Below are positions 17,243 through 24,898 of a stretch of DNA of 63,415 nt, piece by piece. Each line of letters starts with the position of its first letter. The first letter of the stretch is position 1. Below the pieces are notes generated by a model. That model was given only the letters and a program-made list of their open reading frames with translations. It did not search any database and had not been told where the DNA came from. This DNA is from a virus (taxonomy: Duplodnaviria > Caudoviricetes), in IMG/VR virus record IMGVR_UViG_3300025085_000016, positions 1 through 63,415 of that record; one strand, written 5' to 3'. The position numbers and the translations under genes are program-made.

Positions 17243-18323
17243 CTCCATATAAAACATCAGCAACACTATCAGCTTGGATTGTGACGTAATAACGCTCAGT
17301 TGTTGTTACCGAACTGTGTCTCATTAAGGTTTTCAAAACAAATGGCTGAACCTTCAATGCCCAACGGCTCCCAAAGGAGCGGCGTAGGTCATGTGCGGAT
17401 GCAAATTTATTTTTACCAACCACGATCTTAGCGCGTTTGCCACACCAGCTAATGCGTTTTCCAATCGTCTTCAGGTTCGTCGTGTACCCACGGGACAACG
17501 GCCACTTGAATACGCTCCCGTTACGCCTGTTCGCAGGTATCGCCCGCAAGTGAGCGGCGAAGTCTGGTGTCATCGGAAGCACTCGATTGCGAAACGCCTT
17601 CTCAGCCTCAGCCGAAATGTGAATCTTCGGCCTCTCAGTGTCGATCCCAATGATGTGATGACCACCAATGGTCGGTTCCCAGTAGGTGCTAACCGTTTCA
17701 CCCAACCGGAAACCGCTCAGCCACATCGCTTCGAGGTTCCATTTCCATCTTGGCGCGTGTTCACCGACCACATTAGGCAGCTCGCCACACATACGCTCGA
17801 ACTCTTCAGGCGTGATTGCACGACCGCGAGTACCAGTAGGCACTCTCCTGAGTCGCGGAGGGTTCGGTTTCCTTGCAATCACCTCCACACGCTCGGCCCA
17901 ACCAAGCGATGCCATGATGTGATCGCGGTAAGATTGGATCGTGGCCTCCGATTTACCTTCAGCACGAAGCCGAACAGCAAACGTAACCAGAACCTTGCTA
18001 GTGATGTCACCCACAAACCGGACAGGACAGAGGTTGTTGAACCTCGTAACCGCTGTTCGGAACGCTTCGACTGTCTTCGCGGGGCTGTTACCAAGGTACT
18101 CAGCCTCATATCTCGCACAAAATTCGTCCCATCCATAGATTTCGAGCGCACCGTCTTCGTCAACTTTCCTCAGAATCTCCAAAGCTCGCCTCTCGGCGTT
18201 ACGCTTTACCGATTCTCTTGTAGATCGTTCCCTGACCGTTCCATCTTTCAGCGTATATCGAAGCTGATAGATGGTTGCTCCCTCTCGGCGGATCAACGTC
18301 CACCGCTGGATGTGGGCAAACAT
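17187..18323 (-). CDS. int: Tyrosine recombinase / phage integrase
   Basis: Catalytic R (GFRLGE), K, HDLRR, MRH and Y (TTERYY); adjacent to tRNA. Confidence 0.93.
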   Translation of the reverse strand: MFAHIQRWTLIRREGATIYQLRYTLKDGTVRERSTRESVKRNAERRALEILRKVDEDGALEIYGWDEFCARYEAEYLGNSPAKTVEAFRTAVTRFNNLCPVRFVGDITSKVLVTFAVRLRAEGKSEATIQSYRDHIMASLGWAERVEVIARKPNPPRLRRVPTGTRGRAITPEEFERMCGELPNVVGEHAPRWKWNLEAMWLSGFRLGETVSTYWEPTIGGHHIIGIDTERPKIHISAEAEKAFRNRVLPMTPDFAAHLRAIPANRRNGSVFKWPLSRGYTTNLKTIGKRISWCGKRAKIVVGKNKFASAHDLRRSFGSRWALKVQPFVLKTLMRHSSVTTTERYYVTIQADSVADVLYGAEDTGLEPAAPCGVIQFQ

Positions 18324-18517
18324 GCCAACCTTCCCTCCACTGCGAGTCTAAATTGTCGTCCAGATACGAGTTTCTTGTTACCCAGCACTACGACTGGACA
18401 CTCGATCTCTCTCAACAACCTCTCCACACTGCGTGGTTGCTTGTACCCAAGGGACTCAGCAAGTCCAGAAAGGGTATATGTGCGTGAATCTTCCACGATT
18501 CCTGCGGCAGTCTGCAT
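18293..18517 (-). CDS. Excisionase-like small DNA-binding protein
   Basis: 74 aa immediately upstream of int; YTLSGLAESLG...SVERLL HTH followed by a beta wing. Confidence 0.5.
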   Translation of the reverse strand: MQTAAGIVEDSRTYTLSGLAESLGYKQPRSVERLLREIECPVVVLGNKKLVSGRQFRLAVEGRLACLPTSSGGR

Positions 18518-18727
18518 GTTCGTTCCATCCTGTATATGGATCGGCTTGTAGATGATCGGAAGAGGGACTCGCACTCCTTCTTCCGGTCAGCCGCCTTTAC
18601 TGTAGCGGCAATGACAGCATTGAAAATAGTGAACCGATTGACACCATCGGTCACTCATGGCTGGCTAATCTCTCAGTGCGACCCCGCGAGCCGAGATGCC
18701 CTGCATAAAATGCAAGCAAATGCAATT

Positions 18728-18756
18728 TAGATGCAAATACTTGCGATATGCATCTA
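18728..18756. promoter_or_regulatory. Inverted repeat TAGATGCA-N13-TGCATCTA within a TGCA-rich tract (operator-like)
   Basis: Perfect 8-bp arms upstream of the xis/int operon. Confidence 0.4.
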
Positions 18757-18761
18757 GGTAT

Positions 18762-18796
18762 AAAAAAACCACCCTGCCGACGAATCAGCAAGGTGG
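18762..18796 (-). terminator. Rho-independent terminator upstream of xis/int
   Basis: Minus strand CCACCTTGCTGA-TTCG-TCGGCAGGGTGG-T7. Confidence 0.8.
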
Positions 18797-19086
18797 CTCT
18801 GTTTCTCTCTACTAAGGAGCAGAGAAAGCACAGCGTCCCACATGAGCCGTCTCCTGTCCACTGTACGGGCGTTCAGTAGCTAGCGTGGCTCATCACTCAT
18901 CTTTTCTCTTGCGTGCGTGAGAGAGCGTCTCAGCCTTTTGGCACTGGGGTCATTCAAAAACTCCGGGTGGGATATATATGTAATAGAGAAGTACAGTAGG
19001 GTCATCCACCCCCCCCTTCCTTAGCTAAACCGAAGAGAGGAAAGGAGTTATGTAGCTAGTAAGGGTTCCTATTCTAGCTTATTAAC

Positions 19087-19108
19087 ACTAGTAGTAACTA
19101 CTACTAGT
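19087..19108. repeat. Perfect AT-rich inverted repeat ACTAGTAGTA-AC-TACTACTAGT
   Basis: 10-bp arms in the non-coding strand-switch region. Confidence 0.8.
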
Positions 19109-19201
19109 ACATTCCGCCTGCATTACGGCGAAGCCGTTGTGAAGCTCGGCAGCAGTTGTCGCAGCGAAATTCACAATCCGAAACAACGGAAGAAGCTAGT
19201 T

Positions 19202-19714
19202 ATGTCACAAGAAATCAAACCAGTAGTAGTCGGTACGGAAGTCAAACCAGTCGATCTTGGTAACGGAATGTCAGCCAAACTTGGAGTCTGGACAACCAAG
19301 AGGGGGAACATGACTTGTGGGTTCTTCCTCAGAACCAAGAAGGGATCAAACGCTACTAGCGATCTCTGGTTGAACGAAAAGCAATCCAGAGTTGTATTCA
19401 AGGGTTTCCCAGAGTTTTACCCTGTCATGGAGAAGATGTTGGTCAGAGCGAAACAGATACACTCTGTTGGTTGTGAAATCAAGAACGTCAACCCAAGAAA
19501 CCAAGATGGAACCGATGCTCTTCGGGGTAACACTAAGTACAAGCTCTGGGTCAACATCATCACTCAGAATGGTTGGCGTCCAGTGGTCAACCAAACCTCT
19601 AAGGTTGAGACTAAACCAGTGGTTGAGACTAAACCAGAGCCAGTGGTTGAGGCTAAACCAGAGGTGATCGTTCCAGACAATCCGTTTGACGCTCTTGATG
19701 GATTCAGCAGCTAA
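19202..19714 (+). CDS. Early hypothetical protein with VETKP repeats and acidic-aromatic tail
   Basis: ATG 19202; ends PDNPFDALDGFSS; followed by a terminator. Confidence 0.75.
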   Translation: MSQEIKPVVVGTEVKPVDLGNGMSAKLGVWTTKRGNMTCGFFLRTKKGSNATSDLWLNEKQSRVVFKGFPEFYPVMEKMLVRAKQIHSVGCEIKNVNPRNQDGTDALRGNTKYKLWVNIITQNGWRPVVNQTSKVETKPVVETKPEPVVEAKPEVIVPDNPFDALDGFSS

Positions 19715-19739
19715 GACTCAACACTACTACTAACCACCT

Positions 19740-19775
19740 AAGACCCTTGGAGCTTCGGCTCTGAGGGTCTTTTTT
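19740..19775 (+). terminator. Rho-independent terminator
   Basis: AGACCCTTGGAGC-TTCG-GCTCTGAGGGTCT-TTTTT. Confidence 0.9.
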
Positions 19776-19808
19776 CGTTTCAACTCAACACTACTAGAGA
19801 GATACACA

Positions 19809-20081
19809 ATGTCACTACCCAAAGAAAACAGCAAGTCAGTCAGGACGACAACCACCCCCTTAGACTACCGTGTTCCCACTGACGAGAACGATAAACACAA
19901 TCTGGCAGAACATGAAAGGGAGATGAAAACTACGTCAGATGTCTATGAAGCTCTCCAGAAAGCGGAACAGGCTCTCCATGACCTAGTCACTCTCTACAAA
20001 TACGCTGAAGGAATGGGAGTCGTCGTAGACCGTGCTAAAGAGGCTGGAAGAGCATGTAGGAGAGTCTCTTCACAACTCTAA
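19809..20081 (+). CDS. Hypothetical protein
   Basis: 90 aa between two terminators. Confidence 0.65.
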   Translation: MSLPKENSKSVRTTTTPLDYRVPTDENDKHNLAEHEREMKTTSDVYEALQKAEQALHDLVTLYKYAEGMGVVVDRAKEAGRACRRVSSQL

Positions 20082-20100
20082 GAACAACCCAAGTCAACTT

Positions 20101-20133
20101 AGCTCTACATCTTCAAGGTGTAGAGCTTTTTTT
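20101..20133 (+). terminator. Rho-independent terminator
   Basis: AGCTCTACATC-TTCAA-GGTGTAGAGCT then a T run. Confidence 0.85.
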
Positions 20134-20166
20134 ATGTACCAACGTCACTACATAGCTTTTTTTCTA

Positions 20167-20203
20167 AGAGCCAATGCCGGTTCGAATCGCTACACCAGTG
20201 ACG
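20167..20203 (+). promoter_or_regulatory. Early conserved motif copy 1 (core TCGCTACACCA at 20187)
   Basis: Ungapped match to four other intergenic copies. Confidence 0.75.
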
Positions 20204-20236
20204 GCAAATCGCTGTTTCTCACTATAAGGATTAACC

Positions 20237-21454
20237 ATGAATACAAGTATGTCACCAGAAGAAAGACACGAATCCAGAAAGCAGCTCTTGGAGTTGTTCA
20301 GCACCTCTTGGAGTTGTGTTGAAACAAGAGTTACCTACTGGTCTACCCAGAAGAATCTCAACAGTTGTAGGAACGTCACTCCAATAGTCTACAAGACTGG
20401 TTGGCGGAATCACTCTGAGGTGCAGTTCTGGTTACGGAAGAATGAGTTTCCTACTACGTCTAGTCTGACAGAGGATCAGTCCTCGGAGTGGCTCTATGAA
20501 CAGGAACAGTTGGACGGCTCTAGGGGTCAGGATCTACCAGAATGGATGTCAGAGTCTCTGCCAGACGTTGATCCAGTGGGTCTTTCAGACCTGACGTTCA
20601 CTGTCACTACAGAGAATGGTCGAGTTACACACTCCATTGAGGACAACTCTCCGGTCTTACCAGACAGTGAGGTGACTGACTTCCCTGAGGTTATGCCAGA
20701 CGATAAGACAGAGATTGTGTCTAGGATCTGGCCTGCTGTTCAGTACCTCTTAGAGAAATCCAGAAACAAACCTACCAAGAGCCTTAGTGCTTGGCTCTCA
20801 GACTGTGCCTTGGCTCTCATGGAGATTGACGTTGATAAGCTCAAGAGTCTTGGCGGCTACCTCAGAGAGCATCGGTGCTTCCCTATAGGTTGGCAGAAAG
20901 AGTTCGACTGTCTAGCTATGAAACGTAGGGTCAACTCTTGGGATGTTGGTGAGTCTACTGGAGATGTCAAGAAAGCAATCAAGGCTCAGAGACAGGAGAC
21001 TGAGGAGTATTGGTACAAGGTTCCAGCCTCAGACCAAGACCCTCGTAAGATTGCTGAGGAGAACGAGAAGCCACCTCTTGAGAGGAAAGCTGAGTTCACC
21101 GATCTACTGACCAGACTGTGTTTCCTAGACAGTCCTGAGAACGTATCTACCAAGATCAACGAACGGTCTGACACTTCTCAGTCTGGGTTCACTCTCTACA
21201 GACGGCAGCATCTAGCTAGGTTCATCATGCTCAAGAGTCTTGTGGAATGGCCTACTGCTACTACTACAGAGAGACAGCGGTTCATGGCTCAGTTCATGAG
21301 AAAAGCCAAGCTAATCCAAGGTAAGACAGACGCTACCAAGTTCCCTCTTGAGAGCCGGTCTTATGGCAGAGTCAAGGATTCTGTAATCAGCTCTATCACC
21401 TTGAACACTCTCATCTGGTCTGACCCAGAGTCTAAGGCAATCCTCAGTAAATAA
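20237..21454 (+). CDS. Hypothetical early protein
   Basis: 405 aa, AAGGA SD, flanked by the motif and a terminator; no recognisable family. Confidence 0.8.
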   Translation: MNTSMSPEERHESRKQLLELFSTSWSCVETRVTYWSTQKNLNSCRNVTPIVYKTGWRNHSEVQFWLRKNEFPTTSSLTEDQSSEWLYEQEQLDGSRGQDLPEWMSESLPDVDPVGLSDLTFTVTTENGRVTHSIEDNSPVLPDSEVTDFPEVMPDDKTEIVSRIWPAVQYLLEKSRNKPTKSLSAWLSDCALALMEIDVDKLKSLGGYLREHRCFPIGWQKEFDCLAMKRRVNSWDVGESTGDVKKAIKAQRQETEEYWYKVPASDQDPRKIAEENEKPPLERKAEFTDLLTRLCFLDSPENVSTKINERSDTSQSGFTLYRRQHLARFIMLKSLVEWPTATTTERQRFMAQFMRKAKLIQGKTDATKFPLESRSYGRVKDSVISSITLNTLIWSDPESKAILSK

Positions 21455-21474
21455 GACTAATACAGTCTCTCACC

Positions 21475-21512
21475 AAGGACACAGTCTAACTAATAGGCTG
21501 TGTCCTTTCTTT
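21475..21512 (+). terminator. Rho-independent terminator
   Basis: AAGGACACAGTCTA-ACTAA-TAGGCTGTGTCCTT then TCTTT. Confidence 0.75.
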
Positions 21513-21516
21513 CTTA

Positions 21517-21553
21517 GAGCCGAACGCCGCTGCTGTTCGCTACACCACTGCCG
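21517..21553 (+). promoter_or_regulatory. Early conserved motif copy 2 (core at 21537)
   Basis: GAGCCGAACGCCGCTGCTGTTCGCTACACCACTGCCG. Confidence 0.75.
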
Positions 21554-21581
21554 ACCACCAACCACCAACCATTCAAGACTA

Positions 21582-21815
21582 ATGTTACCACAAATAAAGT
21601 TCTTCAAGACTCCAGCAGACCCAGAGAATTATCTGTTGTTTCTTAGGAAGTTTCAGTCGGAAGCTATCAAGACTCTGACAGAGAAGTGTACCACCTTAGA
21701 TAGCTCTGGATTCAAGAGACTGCTCTCTCAGAAACAGAAGATAGATAAGGAGGTAAGAAGGGTAGAAAGGATAATTACTTTCAACAAATACAATGAAAGT
21801 CAGCAAGTCCTTTAG
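21582..21815 (+). CDS. Hypothetical basic protein
   Basis: 77 aa exactly filling the space between motif copies 2 and 3. Confidence 0.6.
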   Translation: MLPQIKFFKTPADPENYLLFLRKFQSEAIKTLTEKCTTLDSSGFKRLLSQKQKIDKEVRRVERIITFNKYNESQQVL

Positions 21816-21851
21816 AGGCCAATGCCGCCGCCATTCGCTACACCATTGCCG
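21815..21851 (+). promoter_or_regulatory. Early conserved motif copy 3 (core at 21835)
   Basis: GAGGCCAATGCCGCCGCCATTCGCTACACCATTGCCG. Confidence 0.75.
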
Positions 21852-21910
21852 ACAAACGGCAGTTACAAAACAGTTTAATTTTCTTTCACTATTAGGAATA
21901 GTAATCAGTT

Positions 21911-22378
21911 ATGAGTAATCAACTTAAAGACATCACTGTAGAAGGTATCAAGATCAAGTCTCACACTGTCCAGACCAAAGAAGGTGAGAAGGTCTATGGC
22001 TTCATGGTCTACCTCAACGAGAAGAAAATGGGGTTCTTCAGTGCTAAGCGTCTTGCTGGGTTCCAAAAGGGACTGCGAGAGAGTGGTCCTCTCTTGAAGG
22101 AGATGCTGAAGGAGTCAGTGGAACACACTAAGAAAGGCTTCGACGTTGCCTTTGGTGAAGCCAGACCTCCAGAGGGTGCAGCTAATACCCAAACCGAGGC
22201 CAAAACCAAGACCAAGAAAACTCAGGGTGACGATCTCTGTTTCGACAACATCGTCCCAGAGACTGTCACTCAGCCTCAAGTGCAGACTCAGCCTCAAGTG
22301 CAGACTCAGCCTCAAGTGCAGACTCAGACAACACAGTCTGAGGACAACCACGATGTCTTTGACTGCCTTGGCTTCTAA
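21911..22378 (+). CDS. Early hypothetical protein with TQPQVQ repeats and acidic-aromatic tail
   Basis: 155 aa; ends EDNHDVFDCLGF. Confidence 0.75.
   Translation: MSNQLKDITVEGIKIKSHTVQTKEGEKVYGFMVYLNEKKMGFFSAKRLAGFQKGLRESGPLLKEMLKESVEHTKKGFDVAFGEARPPEGAANTQTEAKTKTKKTQGDDLCFDNIVPETVTQPQVQTQPQVQTQPQVQTQTTQSEDNHDVFDCLGF
22268..22327 (+). repeat. 18-bp tandem repeat x3.3 (ACTCAGCCTCAAGTGCAG)
   Basis: Exact in-frame tandem copies. Confidence 0.9.
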
Positions 22379-22400
22379 GACACTGCGACCACCCTCCCCT

Positions 22401-22447
22401 TGGATTGTCTGGTGACTTCAAGACAGGTTCGATTCCTGTCGGTCCAC
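22401..22447 (+). ncRNA. Minimal tRNA-like element (acceptor stem + T-arm, no anticodon arm)
   Basis: TGGATTG/CGGTCCA 7-bp stem, ACAGG-TTCGATT-CCTGT, 15-nt linker containing CTGGTG. Confidence 0.6.
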
Positions 22448-22448
22448 T

Positions 22449-22466
22449 TGTCAACTTGAGTTGACA
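22449..22466. repeat. 18-bp inverted repeat TGTCAACTTGAGTTGACA, copy 3 (intergenic)
   Basis: Exact copy. Confidence 0.95.
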
Positions 22467-22551
22467 TCTTACATAGCCTGACGGCTTGCTGTCTTAGACT
22501 CACCGGAGTCACAGTCAGTCCTCAGGCATAATCAAACTCTAAGGAGCCGCC

Positions 22552-22881
22552 ATGACAGTCTCAGTGCTGTTACTCTTGGCTTCCACCGCCCTCTTGACTT
22601 TGCTTCGGCAACAAGAGCAAGGAAGCTCTCACTATCAGATTATCTTGATCGCAACTCTGGTTGTTCACAATCTCTGGGGATTCTACTACGGACAGAAGGC
22701 AAGGAGGAGGGAGATAAGGAAACAACAACAGAAGGAAGTCAGACCCCTTCAGGAATCAATACAAAAGATGGGCGAACTGTCCAATCTCTGCGATGAGATC
22801 AACGAGAGATGGGGAGGGAGTCAATCCCAGCAGTCTCATTACTCAGACAGAGAATCAATCTGGTACTCGAAAGGAAACTGA
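22552..22881 (+). CDS. Membrane protein
   Basis: AAGGAG SD; two hydrophobic segments followed by a basic stretch. Confidence 0.7.
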   Translation: MTVSVLLLLASTALLTLLRQQEQGSSHYQIILIATLVVHNLWGFYYGQKARRREIRKQQQKEVRPLQESIQKMGELSNLCDEINERWGGSQSQQSHYSDRESIWYSKGN

Positions 22882-22882
22882 A

Positions 22883-23212
22883 GTGGAAAACAGAAACAAG
22901 ACATTCGGGATTAAAAGAAAGTCAATTAAAGAAATCAAGTCAAGTCCAACCAGCAAGGGGGATTTGTTCAAGGGAATGGAAGTGACGTTTGACTACGCCT
23001 TGCCACAAACTTGGCTCGATACGTTCTCCAAGTGGTGTGCCGATCATCTTCCATCGTCCTATGGGGAGATCAATTACAACCTGATTCGTTCTACGTCAGT
23101 CATGGCATATCCCAAAGATGACTATGCAAGGGTTGTCTCTGCTTGCACCGAAGTACACGAAGCTCAGGAACTCTACATGAAACTCAGGGGGTGGACTCTA
23201 GTGGAAGCATGA
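22883..23212 (+). CDS. Hypothetical protein
   Basis: GTG at 22883 after AAGGA. Confidence 0.65.
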   Translation: MENRNKTFGIKRKSIKEIKSSPTSKGDLFKGMEVTFDYALPQTWLDTFSKWCADHLPSSYGEINYNLIRSTSVMAYPKDDYARVVSACTEVHEAQELYMKLRGWTLVEA

Positions 23213-23261
23213 TTGTGGACAGCCGACTCTTGAACCTCAACTGAAATCACAGGAAACCTAA

Positions 23262-23474
23262 ATGAAACGAATAGGTATGCACCTCTACCACACTCCTGAA
23301 CTCAGGCAGCAGATGACTTGCACTGAGTGCGGTGTCAACTCTCTTGGAGATGAAGCGCACTCTACTGAAGCAGGAGCCTACGCTGGATCTGCAATCAAAG
23401 ATCCATCTGAGAATGAGTGTCTTTCCAAGTGCGGTAAGTGCGGAAAGTTATTTACTAAACGAAAAAAAGACTGA
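23262..23474 (+). CDS. Small zinc-ribbon protein
   Basis: CTEC...CGKC; AGGA SD. Confidence 0.6.
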   Translation: MKRIGMHLYHTPELRQQMTCTECGVNSLGDEAHSTEAGAYAGSAIKDPSENECLSKCGKCGKLFTKRKKD

Positions 23475-23503
23475 CCTTTCTTGTCAGTAACAACATCTAC
23501 CTT

Positions 23504-23540
23504 GGGGCGAACGCCGCCACCAATCGCTACACCATTGCCG
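23504..23540 (+). promoter_or_regulatory. Early conserved motif copy 4 (core at 23524)
   Basis: GGGGCGAACGCCGCCACCAATCGCTACACCATTGCCG. Confidence 0.75.
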
Positions 23541-23595
23541 GGCAGCAGTTGCTCGTCATTGCTTAATTGTTTCTCTCACGGAGTTTTACTTAACC

Positions 23596-24750
23596 ATGTT
23601 CAACAAACAATCAAAACGAAAGATTCTCAACGAGGCTCTTTGGATTGTCGCTCAAGCCAAGAGTGGTTCTATCCCGGTTGCCTACGGTAATCCCGGCCTT
23701 GCCAAGACCGTCAGTGTCGAGGCGTTTGCCAAGCTACTGGGATACTACTACAAGCAGTTCATCCTGTCTCAGTCCATGCCAGAAGATGCTGGTGGCAACC
23801 CTTGCCCCACTGAGGTCAACATCGGTGGCACTGTCTACAAGTGTGTGTCCAACCTCAAGCAAGAAACTCTGCTTAGGGCCATGCACCAAGAGACTGTCGT
23901 TCACTTGGACGAGGTGAATCAATGTTCTCCTGCTGTTATGGCAGCTAACCAAGAGCTATGGTTCAACAATCCACCTGAGAAGTCCATCGTAATCGCCACT
24001 GCCAACAGCTTGGAGGTTGCCACTGATGGATTCCAGTTCTCTGCTCCGATGATTAACAGGATGTGTGTCCTTGACTGGGAGTTTGACGACGATGCTTGGC
24101 TACAAGGCATGACTCAGGGTGAGTTTCCTCCTCTTGAGTTCCCCGTTCTTGAGGGTGACTGGTCTGGTTACAAACAGAAGTGGAAGGCTCTTGTCGGTCA
24201 ATTCCGACGACAAAAGCCGGGTCACTTTGACTGGGCTAACGTGTTCCCTAAGACTGATGCAGAGAGAGCTTTGCCTTGGCGTTCACCTAGATCTTGGGAA
24301 CGTGGTGCTGTTTGCCTTGGTGCTGCCGAGGCTGTTAGTGCTGGTCAAGACACTGCCAAGAAGATCCTGTCTGGGTTTGTTGGTGAGGGTCCAGCTCTTG
24401 AGTTCTTCAGTTGGGTAGAGTCGGCTGGCTTCCCTCCATCTGAGGTGCTGTTCAACAACCCTTCGATGCTTCACTTGCCACCTCAGTTCGACACTGCGGC
24501 TTCTCTCGTTGGTGGCGTCTACTGCCACGCTGCAAGACTCATCACCAAAGAGCCTGAGAACGCAGAAGAAAACTTCGAGAAGTGCTTGGACTTCTGTGAG
24601 CATGTCTTTGCCGAGAACCGTGAAGCTGGCACTGCTTTTGTTGGTAGGTTTGTCAAGCTCAAGCCACAGAGCTACAAGCCCATGCGACGATCCCATCTCC
24701 TCTGGGACACGGTTGGTGCTTCACGACCTAAGCAAGCTGTGACCGTCTAA
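23596..24750 (+). CDS. MoxR-like AAA+ ATPase
   Basis: Walker A GNPGLAKT, Walker B HLDEVN, sensor IATAN, arginine finger MINR, SPRSWE. Confidence 0.88.
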   Translation: MFNKQSKRKILNEALWIVAQAKSGSIPVAYGNPGLAKTVSVEAFAKLLGYYYKQFILSQSMPEDAGGNPCPTEVNIGGTVYKCVSNLKQETLLRAMHQETVVHLDEVNQCSPAVMAANQELWFNNPPEKSIVIATANSLEVATDGFQFSAPMINRMCVLDWEFDDDAWLQGMTQGEFPPLEFPVLEGDWSGYKQKWKALVGQFRRQKPGHFDWANVFPKTDAERALPWRSPRSWERGAVCLGAAEAVSAGQDTAKKILSGFVGEGPALEFFSWVESAGFPPSEVLFNNPSMLHLPPQFDTAASLVGGVYCHAARLITKEPENAEENFEKCLDFCEHVFAENREAGTAFVGRFVKLKPQSYKPMRRSHLLWDTVGASRPKQAVTV

Positions 24751-24833
24751 TGCGGCGACTTCTAACTATTATTTTCTGCGAGTCAATCTTCTGGCTTGCC
24801 CTTTGGTATTTAAGAATCCTCATGGTGAGGTAA
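24750..24833 (+). CDS. 27-aa single-pass membrane peptide MRRLLTIIFCESIFWLALWYLRILMVR
   Basis: TAATG overlap with the ATPase stop; hydrophobic core flanked by Arg; below the ORF-track cutoff. Confidence 0.5.
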   Translation: MRRLLTIIFCESIFWLALWYLRILMVR

Positions 24834-24898
24834 CTCCGTAGCTGTTCACTAGCTCGTAGCTAGTGGACAGCAGCAGTGTGACCTTTCTCTTACTAGGA

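Noticed and set aside
17391-18551. 386-aa + strand ORF and many other antisense ORFs in the track
   Set aside because: Shadow frames opposite well-supported genes (integrase, portal, giant protein), with no motifs or RBS
20176-20192. GCCGGTTCGAATCGC as a tRNA T-arm
   Set aside because: Flanks do not pair; it is part of early motif copy 1
19200-22400. Apparent scarcity of GCGC/CGCG in the first early genes (restriction-site avoidance)
   Set aside because: Impression by eye only; needs k-mer statistics, and GGCC and GATC sites are present
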